In this document: positions 46,438 through 54,644 of the stretch, piece by piece
How positions within the stretch are numbered: the stretch's first letter is position 1
How the letters are laid out: each line of letters begins with the position of its first letter
From: a virus
Taxonomy: Duplodnaviria > Caudoviricetes
DNA: 64,000 nt
Strand: one strand, 5' to 3'
IMG/VR virus record: IMGVR_UViG_2934377003_000001
Coordinates: 1 to 64,000 of that record
Translations under genes and position numbers: made by a program
Notes under the pieces: generated by a model
What the model was told of the DNA's origin: nothing
Seen by the model: the letters and a program-made list of their open reading frames with translations, nothing else
The model's database searches: none

Positions 46438-46851
46438 CTAGGAACTCCTTGAGTCGGTGTGGATGGCCGGGTGGCGCTGTACGACGGGGCGACGGATGTC
46501 GCGGTGGGTGACGGTGACGGTGTGGCCGCGGCGGCGGAGCCGGCGGGCGAGCTGGTCGGCGACGACCACCGAGCGGTGCCTTCCGCCCGCGCAGCCGGAG
46601 CCGATGACGATCCGGTCGGCGGACGGGCCGGAGGCGTAGGCCTGCACCTGCCGGGTCGTGGCCGCCAAGAGCTGCCGGATGCCGGGGGTTCCGAGGACGG
46701 CCCGGCGGACAATCCGGTCGCGGCCGGTGAGCTGCCGCATCCGCGGGTTCACGTGCGGGTCGCGGAACGCCCGCCGCAAATCCAGCACGACGTCGGCCTG
46801 CGGGGCAGCGGCGTGCAGGAACCCGAACGACACGATCTCCACGGTGGCCAT
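46438..46851 (-). CDS. Stand-alone RapZ C-terminal domain protein
   Basis: IVSFGF, DLR..RDP, LTG, GCAGGRHRSV, THRD. Confidence 0.8.
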   Translation of the reverse strand: MATVEIVSFGFLHAAAPQADVVLDLRRAFRDPHVNPRMRQLTGRDRIVRRAVLGTPGIRQLLAATTRQVQAYASGPSADRIVIGSGCAGGRHRSVVVADQLARRLRRRGHTVTVTHRDIRRPVVQRHPAIHTDSRSS

Positions 46852-47078
46852 CAGGCGGCGGCGGGCTCGTTGAATCCGTCGAGTTCGGCCAGCAGGTCGG
46901 GGTCGACGGCGAGCCGGATCGTCGCAACCCGCGCCCGGTCCCCGCGGGCCACGGCGGCGGCGTAGTCGGCGAACAGGTCCGAGACGCTGAGGATCGACGC
47001 GTCGGCGACAGTCATCGAGGCGCGGGCCACGCCACCATCGGCGGCAGCATGGTCGGCAGAGAACAGGTACGGAGACAT
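46851..47078 (-). CDS. Hypothetical protein
   Basis: TGATG coupling to the next gene. Confidence 0.55.
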   Translation of the reverse strand: MSPYLFSADHAAADGGVARASMTVADASILSVSDLFADYAAAVARGDRARVATIRLAVDPDLLAELDGFNEPAAA

Positions 47079-47114
47079 GGGTGGCCCTCTCAGGGTCAGA
47101 AGTGCGGGGGTGGG

Positions 47115-47318
47115 TTACAGCTGGTCGGGCTGCAGGTCGAAGAACAGGACCGCGGCGGCCCCGTAGTGCTGGGCCTGCTGCTCGTACAGGCGCCGGAACA
47201 CGTCGTGACGGGAGGCCCTGGCGGGCAGGGTGATGACGCCGGTGTCGCCGACGGTGCCGCGGTCGGTCTGCAGGGTCAGGACCCAATGCCAGTCAGTGGT
47301 CTGGTCGGAAGCGGACAT
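47115..47318 (-). CDS. Hypothetical protein
   Basis: GAGGAG RBS; WVLTLQ...VLFFDL. Confidence 0.6.
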   Translation of the reverse strand: MSASDQTTDWHWVLTLQTDRGTVGDTGVITLPARASRHDVFRRLYEQQAQHYGAAAVLFFDLQPDQL

Positions 47319-47405
47319 GCCTGATCTCCTCGGCGGATGCGGTGGGGTTGGGGGCCGCGGGGGCGGGACGGGGGTGAACACCGCCCCCGCGGCGGAACCG
47401 GGGTG

Positions 47406-47534
47406 CTACTTGGGCCGGTTGGCGGCGATCCGGGCGGCCTCCGCGGCAGCGGCTGCGGCCTTCGCCGCCTCCATCCGCTGCCGGGCCTGCTCGGCGAGCG
47501 CCTTCGCCTGCGCGCCCTGCTCGGCGGGGCTCAC
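47406..47534 (-). CDS. Small Ala-rich helical peptide
   Basis: GTGA overlap, 42 aa. Confidence 0.45.
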   Translation of the reverse strand: MSPAEQGAQAKALAEQARQRMEAAKAAAAAAEAARIAANRPK

Positions 47535-47770
47535 AGGGTCACCCCCTGCGGGTGCGGGCGCGGCGGGCGGATTGGCAGCGGCTCCTTCGCCCGCCCGTGC
47601 TCCGGGTCGGGCTCGCCCTCCAGCACAACCAGGAACGCGTCATCGGCCAGCGACATCACAACCGTCGCCGGGGTACCGGAGGCGGTCAGCTCGGCGGCCT
47701 TCTCCTCCGCCGGCCACGACCCGCGCGGATTGCCCGCCAGGAAGTCGGCCAGGATCTCGCGGCCCGCCAT
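47531..47770 (-). CDS. Hypothetical protein
   Basis: TGATG coupling. Confidence 0.55.
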   Translation of the reverse strand: MAGREILADFLAGNPRGSWPAEEKAAELTASGTPATVVMSLADDAFLVVLEGEPDPEHGRAKEPLPIRPPRPHPQGVTL

Positions 47771-48066
47771 CACGCGCCGCCGATCAGCTTGAGCTGGCCG
47801 GCCTCCGCGAGAACCGACCGCGCGGCGGCCATGACGTCCTCCGCGGCGGCCAGCGAGTCCGCCTGCAAGTCCGTCATCCGACCGGACGCGGCGACACCCG
47901 CCAGCTGCGCGGCGTGCACGGCGGCCGTCTCGTACTCGGCGACCGCCTGAACCAGCGGGAAGTGCGGGAGGGTACGGGCCAGCGCGGCGGCGGCAGCCGG
48001 CGTGAGCGGGGCGGTACCCGCCGTGTCGGCGCACGTCGGCGCCGGGATAAGCTTCTTCGTAGCCAC
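47770..48066 (-). CDS. Hypothetical protein, first gene of the transfer operon
   Basis: GAGGAG RBS before GTG. Confidence 0.65.
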   Translation of the reverse strand: MATKKLIPAPTCADTAGTAPLTPAAAAALARTLPHFPLVQAVAEYETAAVHAAQLAGVAASGRMTDLQADSLAAAEDVMAAARSVLAEAGQLKLIGGA

Positions 48067-48095
48067 AGGATCTCCTCGTTAGAACCTGGTGGTGA

Positions 48096-48187
48096 GGCCC
48101 TGGCCAGGGAGTGGAGTCCCTGAGCTGGGGCCGCTTTTTTGGTGCAGCCGGTGGAGCGACTGCGGGAGCTTCGGGCGGTGGAGCGCC
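48096..48187. promoter_or_regulatory. Structured leader with three hairpins sharing a GTGGAG/CTCCAC loop
   Basis: Loops at 48111-48116, 48151-48156 and 48178-48183, each closed by a different stem. Confidence 0.65.
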
Positions 48188-48193
48188 GTTCGC

Positions 48194-48258
48194 TTCAACA
48201 CCATACTGAAGACGTTCTGAGTCAGTGTCAACACCGTCTTGAGAACTGGCGTGTTGAC
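48194..48258. promoter_or_regulatory. Divergent promoter/operator
   Basis: GTCAACAC (48227-48234) and GTGTTGAC (48251-48258) inverted pair, extra TCAACAC near 48195, TTGACA on the minus strand. Confidence 0.55.
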
Positions 48259-48273
48259 TTCTACTGTGGGTCC

Positions 48274-48609
48274 ATGACAGATGCGTTCACGGAGTCCCTG
48301 GAGGCGCGAGTCGCCGAGATTGCAGCCATCAAAGACCTTGTCGAGCGCGGCCTCGCCGCCCGCGAAGCGCGGGAACACATGGCAGTACGCGACCGCGAGC
48401 TCTACGCGATCCAGAGGGCTGTAGTCCAGGAACTGAAACCGGGGCGCACCTGGGAAGAGGTAGGCCGGCTGTTCGGGCGTTCTCACGCCTGGGCAGAAGC
48501 GCTCGCCACGGCGCGGAGTTCGAAGCGACGAAAGAGTGAGCATGCCGCCCAGCAAACGCCCACCGCGCGCGAGACAGAAGGACACGGCGAGGACACCAGC
48601 ACGCCATAA
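48274..48609 (+). CDS. HTH regulator, candidate repressor of the transfer operon
   Basis: RTWEEVGRLFGRSHAWA HTH; divergent from the operon. Confidence 0.7.
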   Translation: MTDAFTESLEARVAEIAAIKDLVERGLAAREAREHMAVRDRELYAIQRAVVQELKPGRTWEEVGRLFGRSHAWAEALATARSSKRRKSEHAAQQTPTARETEGHGEDTSTP

Positions 48610-48690
48610 AAGCACCACCCCGACACGGGGGCGACACCAACCCGTCGCCACCATGCCAGACCCGAGCGCCACGACACGGGAGCCCCCATT

Positions 48691-49329
48691 GTGGACGTCG
48701 TAGAAACCTGGACCGGCGCATCGGCCTGCCTCCTACAGCAGGCGATGCGGATGACGAACGAGGCGTTCGCCGAACACCTCGGAATCAGCGAACGGACCAT
48801 CAGCCGGTGGCACGCCAGCCCCGGCATGGTCCACCGGACCGAGGTACAGCAGATCTTGGACATCGCTCACAGGGAGGCGAAAGAAGACGTGCGACACCGC
48901 TTCGCGCTCCTACTGCGCCCCCCTGCGCCACGCCTCGAAGCCCAGGCACTGCGGGTAGCGATAGCGGTCGTCGTCCGAGGCGACGACATCCTGCTGGTGT
49001 GCCGGCGCGGCGACGGCGAACTCCGCTGGCAGTTCCCGGCGGGCATGGTCAAGCCGGGCGCCGACCCGGCAACGGTCGCGGTACAGGAGACGCACGGCGA
49101 GACCGGCGTCCACTGCACGATCCGTGAGCAGCTCGGCGAACGCGTCCACCCGGTCACCGGGGTGGTCGCCTCGTACTACCTGGCCGACCATCTGGCGGGC
49201 GACGCGTCGAACCGGGACCCGCTCGAGAACGTCGACGTCGCCTGGGTACCCCACACCGCCGTGACCCGCTTCATTCCTGCGGAACAGCTGTTCCCGCCGA
49301 TCTTGACCGCCTTGGAGGCGACCGTATGA
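48691..49329 (+). CDS. XRE-type HTH fused to a degenerate Nudix domain
   Basis: [15 protein letters not shown]; Nudix box [22 protein letters not shown] lacks several conserved acidic residues. Confidence 0.85.
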   Translation: MDVVETWTGASACLLQQAMRMTNEAFAEHLGISERTISRWHASPGMVHRTEVQQILDIAHREAKEDVRHRFALLLRPPAPRLEAQALRVAIAVVVRGDDILLVCRRGDGELRWQFPAGMVKPGADPATVAVQETHGETGVHCTIREQLGERVHPVTGVVASYYLADHLAGDASNRDPLENVDVAWVPHTAVTRFIPAEQLFPPILTALEATV

Positions 49330-49739
49330 CGACCGACACCAGCACCGACAAGCCCGGCATCTCTGCCGCGATCATCGTCCGGGACGGCCGGGTGCTGATG
49401 GTGCGCCGCGCCGTGAAGGAGGGCGAGCTGATGTGGCAGTTCCCGGCGGGCGGCATCGAGGCCGGCGAGTCGCCGGAGGAGGCGGCGGTGCGGGAGACGC
49501 TGGAGGAGACGGCGCTCACCGTGAAGGCGGTACGGCTGCTGGGGCAGCGGGTGCATCCGAAGACGGGCCGGGAGATGTCGTACACGGCGTGCGATGTCGT
49601 GGACGGCGAGGCGCGGGTAGCGGACGACGAGGAGCTGGACGCGGTCGCCTGGGTCGCCCACGGCGAGATCGCCGACTACGTGCCCTACGGCCTGTTCGAG
49701 CCCGTCCAGGAGTACCTGGATGATGCCCTGCCGCACTGA
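49326..49739 (+). CDS. Nudix hydrolase
   Basis: Near-canonical box [21 protein letters not shown]. Confidence 0.92.
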   Translation: MTTDTSTDKPGISAAIIVRDGRVLMVRRAVKEGELMWQFPAGGIEAGESPEEAAVRETLEETALTVKAVRLLGQRVHPKTGREMSYTACDVVDGEARVADDEELDAVAWVAHGEIADYVPYGLFEPVQEYLDDALPH

Positions 49740-49936
49740 TCGATTTTCGGCCGTGTCGCTATCGACTCGCTTCCGGACCGCGCCCGTCAAGATGCGCAGG
49801 TCACGACCTCGGTGTGTACCAGTGGGTTAGCGCACGGTCTCGACCGAACGTAAACCTGCTGTCACCCGGGCTGCGGCGCAAATTGCCGACCCGGGAAACG
49901 CGGCCCCGCGAACGCGGCTAGCGTCCCCTTGAACGC

Positions 49937-49994
49937 GAACGGCCGGGCGGTGGCGACCGCCCGGCCAGTTCGACCAGCGAGTGGCGACTCGCTG
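49937..49994 (+). promoter_or_regulatory. Two hairpins with identical GTGGCGAC apex
   Basis: GGCCGGGCGGT-GGCG-ACCGCCCGGCC and CAGCGAGT-GGCG-ACTCGCTG. Confidence 0.55.
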
Positions 49995-50031
49995 ACCTGT
50001 AACCCCGACCCCGTCAAGGATGGAGTTCTCC

Positions 50032-50325
50032 ATGAAGAGTAGCGGCACCACGGCCTTAGCGCCCGCCTCTTTGTCGACACATCACCTGTTGCACGCGCCA
50101 CTTCCCGAGCTGCTCGCCGAGCACGGCGTGGAGGTGGTGGAGCTGGAGGCGGACCCCGGGTTCACGGGCGGCTCCTTCGTCCGTAGCGACGGTTCTGTGC
50201 TATTCGTGCGTCCGGCGGACCGGCCGGTCGTCGAGTGGGAGATCACGGCGCGCGCCTTGTTGGGCCGGGTGTTGCGGGTGGCGTTGCCGCCGATGCCGTC
50301 GCCGTTCGAGGTGACCGAGGTGTAG
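50032..50325 (+). CDS. Hypothetical protein
   Basis: GGAG RBS; LLHAPLPELLAE...FTG. Confidence 0.65.
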   Translation: MKSSGTTALAPASLSTHHLLHAPLPELLAEHGVEVVELEADPGFTGGSFVRSDGSVLFVRPADRPVVEWEITARALLGRVLRVALPPMPSPFEVTEV

Positions 50326-50374
50326 GCGCGGCGTTCCCCTGCGGGCTGTCGGTGGGGCGTGCCATAGTGGGCGG

Positions 50375-50490
50375 GCCGTCGGGTAGCCGGCGGCTGCTCC
50401 CCGCGTCAGCAGGGGTGTTCCTGCTTGGTACTTCGAGTGGTCCCCGCAGTGCGGGGGCGAGCCCCGGCCTGAGGGTCGGGGCTCTTTCCT
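50375..50490 (+). ncRNA. Candidate structured small RNA ending in an intrinsic terminator
   Basis: Four consecutive hairpins, the last GAGCCCCGGCC-TGAG-GGTCGGGGCTC followed by TTT. Confidence 0.3.
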
Positions 50491-50594
50491 GTTGTTGATC
50501 TGTGCTCCCGCCCACATCTCCCCCAACTCGCTTGCTGTACCGACCGGTACCCCCTGACTCTGCTGTCCCGGTCTGCCGCTGCTTGGGAGTTGAT

Positions 50595-50915
50595 GTGATC
50601 GCTTGCCCGTCCGTCAAGTGTTTGTCACCGAATGTTGCGGATCTTCCGCACTACTGGGCGTCCCTGCCCGCCGACTCGCCGCTGAAAGGCCGGTACGCGC
50701 CGCCGGAGGTGCCGCAGGCCTCGTACTGGCTGCCGTTGGCGGCGGTCGCGGTGGGGGTGCTGCTGCTGGTCAGCGGAAGTCTCGCCGGGCTCCTCGTTGT
50801 CGCGGGCGCCGGCGCGTGGGGTGCGCTCGCGTGGCGGTCGGCGCAGCAGGTTGAGGCGAAGCGGACGGCGTGGGAGTCGTCGCACGTGTGCCTGGCCTGC
50901 ACCGGAACGTTCTGA
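50595..50915 (+). CDS. Small membrane protein with Cys pairs
   Basis: CPSVKC, TM hairpin, CLAC. Confidence 0.6.
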   Translation: MIACPSVKCLSPNVADLPHYWASLPADSPLKGRYAPPEVPQASYWLPLAAVAVGVLLLVSGSLAGLLVVAGAGAWGALAWRSAQQVEAKRTAWESSHVCLACTGTF

Positions 50916-50919
50916 ACGC

Positions 50920-50965
50920 GACGAAGCCCCCGCCGCCTCCTGCACGGAGGGGCGGGGGCTTCGTC
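50920..50965. terminator. Bidirectional hairpin terminator
   Basis: GACGAAGCCCCCGCC...GGCGGGGGCTTCGTC between convergent genes. Confidence 0.8.
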
Positions 50966-51212
50966 AGTGACCGGCTTGGGGCGCCGCGTTCTCGGTGCAT
51001 ATGGCCGCCCGGCGCAGGCGGTTGATCTCCGCCCGCAGTAGGTGTGCGCCGAGCGCGTCCCGGGCGTTGACGGCCCAGCTACCCGACTCGTCGACGATCA
51101 CCGCGCCACCTGCCGGCTCGCCCTCGGCGGGCTGGTGGTGCATGGCGTCGCCGCTGAACTCCCAGACGTCGAGGGTGTCGTCGATGCGGGTGAGGATGTC
51201 GTCGCCGCGCAT
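50964..51212 (-). CDS. Hypothetical protein
   Basis: TGATG coupling. Confidence 0.55.
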   Translation of the reverse strand: MRGDDILTRIDDTLDVWEFSGDAMHHQPAEGEPAGGAVIVDESGSWAVNARDALGAHLLRAEINRLRRAAICTENAAPQAGH

Positions 51213-51664
51213 CAGGCCTCCTTCGCGGTGTCGAGGCCGTGGAGGGCGCTGCGGAGTCCGGTGGCGATCCCGTTGTGCGGACTGATCTTCAGCTCATCCC
51301 GGATGCCGCCGCGTTCCTCGGTGACGCGGTCGGCGCGCTCCGCCTTTTCGACTTCCGCGGCCAGCCATGCCCGGTACTTGTCGAGGCGCTCGAGGTCGGG
51401 CTGGAGTTCGGCGAGGACCGCGCGGGCTACGGCACGCCGGGCGGACAGTGGCAGCCACTCCACCGCCTCCCGCAGCGCGGGCAGGACCGCGTTGAAGGCG
51501 CGCGCCTCGAGCTGGGTCCACGGCGGGGTGGGGGCCGGCTCGGGCTGGTCGTGGCCGGGGCAGTGGACGGGGTTCATGCCGGGCTGCGGCTCCCAGCCGT
51601 GCGGGCCGTGCTCCTGCCGCAGACGGGCGTGATTGCAGGGCAGGCTGGTCGGGAAGTCGGTCAT
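51212..51664 (-). CDS. Hypothetical protein
   Basis: ATGA overlap. Confidence 0.6.
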   Translation of the reverse strand: MTDFPTSLPCNHARLRQEHGPHGWEPQPGMNPVHCPGHDQPEPAPTPPWTQLEARAFNAVLPALREAVEWLPLSARRAVARAVLAELQPDLERLDKYRAWLAAEVEKAERADRVTEERGGIRDELKISPHNGIATGLRSALHGLDTAKEA

Positions 51665-52050
51665 GCGGTCCACCTTCGAACGGGGATGCCAGCCTGGTCG
51701 GCGAGGCGTGCGGTGTGGGTGGCGCCGCGGCTGCCGTCCTTGATGAAAGCCAGCACGGTGTCTGCGCCGAGGTTGACCATGCGGGCGTTGCGGATGAACC
51801 CGGCCCGCTTGCCCTCCAGGTCCCAGTTGGCGGGGTGGGCTTCCTCGGTGACGCCGTTGACGAATCCGTTGGCGGTCTTGCACCAGTGGACTGCGTGCGC
51901 GTCGGCGCCTCGAGGGCATGCGCCGTGGACGACGACCAGTCGACGGCTGGTGATCAGGGCTTCGTCGCGGACCTCGTTGAGGGCAGCCCACACCGTCTCG
52001 GGGGCAGGCCAGTCTCTGGAGCCGGTGACGAGCACGCGGTACGGCTTCAT
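51661..52050 (-). CDS. DUF2493/SLOG family protein
   Basis: RVLVTGSRDW, VVHGACPRGAD, AGFIRN..M, SRGA. Confidence 0.85.
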   Translation of the reverse strand: MKPYRVLVTGSRDWPAPETVWAALNEVRDEALITSRRLVVVHGACPRGADAHAVHWCKTANGFVNGVTEEAHPANWDLEGKRAGFIRNARMVNLGADTVLAFIKDGSRGATHTARLADQAGIPVRRWTA

Positions 52051-52286
52051 GCGGCTTCTCTCTGCTGGTCGGGGATGTGGATCTGGTGGATGCCGATCTC
52101 GCCGACGGCCAGGGCGATGGCGACAGCTTGGGCTCGGTCTGTGGCGCCGAGCCGGCGGTAGGCGGCGGACAGGATTTCGGCGACGGAGTGGACGGTGACA
52201 CCGCGCCAGGCGGCGATGGTGCTGTTGGGGTTGCCGTTCGCGGCAAGGATGAGGACTTCCCGCTGCCGGGCGGTCAGCTGCCTCAC
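52047..52286 (-). CDS. LuxR-type HTH regulator
   Basis: LTARQREVL.LAANG...IA...YRRLGATDRAQAV. Confidence 0.85.
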   Translation of the reverse strand: MRQLTARQREVLILAANGNPNSTIAAWRGVTVHSVAEILSAAYRRLGATDRAQAVAIALAVGEIGIHQIHIPDQQREAA

Positions 52287-52468
52287 GGCACCCTCCGCCG
52301 GTGCTGGGTGTGGACTTTGCCGCGGGTGTCCAACAGGCCGTCGGCGTGGGCGAGGAGGAGTAGGGCGCGACGGAGGACGTCGCGGGGCCGGTCTCCGCGG
52401 CGGGTGTAGGCGGCGAGGATCGCAGCCGATGTGTCGTCAGGCTGCCAGTGCAGTGGTCGGCGGGGCAT
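52283..52468 (-). CDS. Small RHH-like protein
   Basis: GGAGG RBS; DVLRRALLL. Confidence 0.5.
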   Translation of the reverse strand: MPRRPLHWQPDDTSAAILAAYTRRGDRPRDVLRRALLLLAHADGLLDTRGKVHTQHRRRVP

Positions 52469-52554
52469 GGTGGCCTCCAGATCGGGGTGCGGGTGGGGGG
52501 GGGCGTGCCTGGCCTGGGGATGTCGAGAGGCACGCCCCTTCGTCGGGTGGCGGG

Positions 52555-52941
52555 TTACTCGTCGTCGGCGGGGTCCCACGTGGCCAGCGGATCGCGGGCT
52601 TCCGTGCTCCACACGTAGGTCGGGCACGGCCACCGGTGCTCACACTCGACGCACAGCCCCGACGTCATCCCGCTGACGACTTCCGCGCGGTGGGCTTCGG
52701 CGATGCGGGCGAGACGGTCGCTCGGATCGTCGGCGAGGACGATGCGGGTGGCGCCGCCGTGACCGTGGACGGCCTTGATGGAGGCGACGCTGGGGTGTGG
52801 GGTGGTCGTGGGCCAGGTGCCGAGCCAGTGGATGGCGGCGTGGCCGTCGCTGAAGATGGCTCCTTCGGCGACCTTGCCGGTGCCGGAGACGCCGGAAACG
52901 TCGACGTCGCGGTGCAGTTCGAACAGCCGGTGGGCGCTCAT
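52555..52941 (-). CDS. Hypothetical protein
   Basis: RDVDVSGVSGTGKVAEG...HGHGG...CVEC...WPC. Confidence 0.7.
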   Translation of the reverse strand: MSAHRLFELHRDVDVSGVSGTGKVAEGAIFSDGHAAIHWLGTWPTTTPHPSVASIKAVHGHGGATRIVLADDPSDRLARIAEAHRAEVVSGMTSGLCVECEHRWPCPTYVWSTEARDPLATWDPADDE

Positions 52942-52943
52942 GG

Positions 52944-53234
52944 TCACTTCTCCGTGGTGGTGGGTCCGGTGATGGCGGCTCGGATGCGGGTGGCGAGTTC
53001 GCTGTGGTTGGCGGTCCAGGGGGCGCCTGCGTGGATGAGGTCGGCGAGGTGGTGGACGCGGACGAGCGCAGCCTCGGCGCGTTCCAGGTCGGGCACGATC
53101 GCCTGCACGTGCCGCTTGTTGCCCGCGGCCACGTGCTCCAGCGTCTTGATCCGGCGGTGCGCAGCGTCGAGCTGGTCGTAGAGGGCGTCCAACTGGTCGC
53201 TGGTGAGGGCGTCGAAGGGGATCCGGTCGATCAT
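52944..53234 (-). CDS. Hypothetical coiled-coil protein
   Basis: LTSDQLDALY motif, ATGA overlap. Confidence 0.6.
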   Translation of the reverse strand: MIDRIPFDALTSDQLDALYDQLDAAHRRIKTLEHVAAGNKRHVQAIVPDLERAEAALVRVHHLADLIHAGAPWTANHSELATRIRAAITGPTTTEK

Positions 53235-53488
53235 GCTGCGCTCCGGTGGTCGGGGTCGGGGTTGAGGAGGGCCGCGTCGGATGCGGCGGCGTGGGTGAGG
53301 TGGTCGTGTTGGGCCCGGCGGCGCTGCTCTGCTCCCCGGGCGGATGCCGCGGCCCACAGGAGGAAGGCGGCGCCGGCCAGCCCGGGGACGGCGAGCCAGG
53401 GGTGCCAGGGGAGGGAGGCGACGGCGCTGAGGGTGGAGACGCCGGCGCCGAGGTGGCAGGCGGCAGCCGTCCGCCGAGCCGGGGTCAT
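53231..53488 (-). CDS. Small membrane protein
   Basis: Two hydrophobic helices, ATGA overlap. Confidence 0.55.
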   Translation of the reverse strand: MTPARRTAAACHLGAGVSTLSAVASLPWHPWLAVPGLAGAAFLLWAAASARGAEQRRRAQHDHLTHAAASDAALLNPDPDHRSAA

Positions 53489-53937
53489 CGGGTCTCGCCT
53501 GCGCTCGCGGCGACCAGCGCGGCGACGAAGATCCAGCCCTTGTGCCACGCCTGGTCCATCAGGTAGCCCGCGTTCGGGTCCCGCTTCAGCCAGCCCGCGT
53601 GCCCGGTTGCGGCGGCGAGACGGACGATGCCGCGCGGCTCCTCGTCGCGCCAGTGGCCGCCTTGCCGGTCGGCGATGTAGTGCGTGCCCGCAGAGATCGC
53701 GAGGCCGAGGGCAGCACGCTTCCAGGACAGCCGCATGCCGGTGGCGCGCTGCACTGCGGCGAGGGCGGCGGCTTGGGTGGCCGTGTAGGTCAGGCAGTGC
53801 TTGGCGCAGGCGACGGCGCCCTCACGGTCGGGCTGGCCCTTCACGGTGGCGTGCGCGTCGATCTGGACCCAGTGGTCGGCGACTTCGTGGGCGGCGACGA
53901 GGGCGGCGTAGACGGCGGCGAAGCGGGTGGCGGTCAT
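53485..53937 (-). CDS. DUF3307-like membrane protein
   Basis: HEVADHWVQ, HYIAD and DQAWH motifs. Confidence 0.7.
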   Translation of the reverse strand: MTATRFAAVYAALVAAHEVADHWVQIDAHATVKGQPDREGAVACAKHCLTYTATQAAALAAVQRATGMRLSWKRAALGLAISAGTHYIADRQGGHWRDEEPRGIVRLAAATGHAGWLKRDPNAGYLMDQAWHKGWIFVAALVAASAGETR

Positions 53938-53994
53938 GGTGGTGGCCTTTCGGGTGGGGCCCCGGCCGGGCGGGCCGGGGCCGGTGAGGGCAGG

Positions 53995-54375
53995 TCAGGC
54001 GGGTGTGTCGGGGAGTTCGATGCGGGCGGTGACGATCAGCCGCGTACCGGGCGGGAACCGCTTCGCTTCCGCCCAGAAGCCGGGGCCGGAGACGATCCCG
54101 TGGTGCGCCTTCTCGGGGTCTCCTTCAGGGCCCCAGTAGTCCCCGCTCGGCACTCGCTCGCCGTGCATGTTGGTGCGCCACTTGGCATGCAGTTCCAGGG
54201 CGGTGGTCTGCTCGCGGTTCGTCGGGGACAGGTACTCGTCGGGCTTGTCGTGCTTGCGGCACGTCCAGGTCTTGCTGACGCCTTCGAGGTCGCGGCGGGC
54301 CGTGTACTCGATGTGGCTGGTCTCGCGGCAGCCGTGGGTGGTGCAGGTGCGGGTGTAGGTGCGTCGGCGGCTCAT
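53995..54375 (-). CDS. Hypothetical protein
   Basis: ATGA overlap; Cys/His-containing. Confidence 0.6.
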   Translation of the reverse strand: MSRRRTYTRTCTTHGCRETSHIEYTARRDLEGVSKTWTCRKHDKPDEYLSPTNREQTTALELHAKWRTNMHGERVPSGDYWGPEGDPEKAHHGIVSGPGFWAEAKRFPPGTRLIVTARIELPDTPA

Positions 54376-54644
54376 GCGGCTTCCTCGTAGTCGGGTGCGG
54401 GCGGGCGGCGTGCGTAGCGGCATGCTGTGCGGCCTCTCAGGGCCCAGGAGGGGCGCGGGCGACGTCCGGGGCGCCAGAGCCGCCACAGGCCGCCCAGCGC
54501 CCGCACAGACCCCCGCACGACGGCGTACACGGTGACGGCGGCCGTCCACAGGACGAGCGTCAGCACGGCCGCCATGCCGAGCAGCCAGAGCCCGCCCGCG
54601 ACGAGCAGCGTCCACAGCACGTCCAACGCCTCGGCGACCATCAC
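54372..54644 (-). CDS. Small membrane protein
   Basis: Long hydrophobic stretch, GTGA overlap. Confidence 0.55.
   Translation of the reverse strand: MMVAEALDVLWTLLVAGGLWLLGMAAVLTLVLWTAAVTVYAVVRGSVRALGGLWRLWRPGRRPRPSWALRGRTACRYARRPPAPDYEEAA

Larger units (their letters stand above)
37917..49739. mobile_element. Streptomyces plasmid/AICE-type conjugal transfer module embedded in the phage
   Basis: TraB-like FtsK ATPase, adjacent 8-bp repeat array, SpdB-like membrane protein, divergent HTH and Nudix genes; no integrase or RepSA of its own. Confidence 0.7.

Noticed and set aside
37917-49739. Complete independent AICE inserted in the prophage
   Set aside because: No integrase, excisionase, RepSA/RepAM or flanking direct repeats recognised
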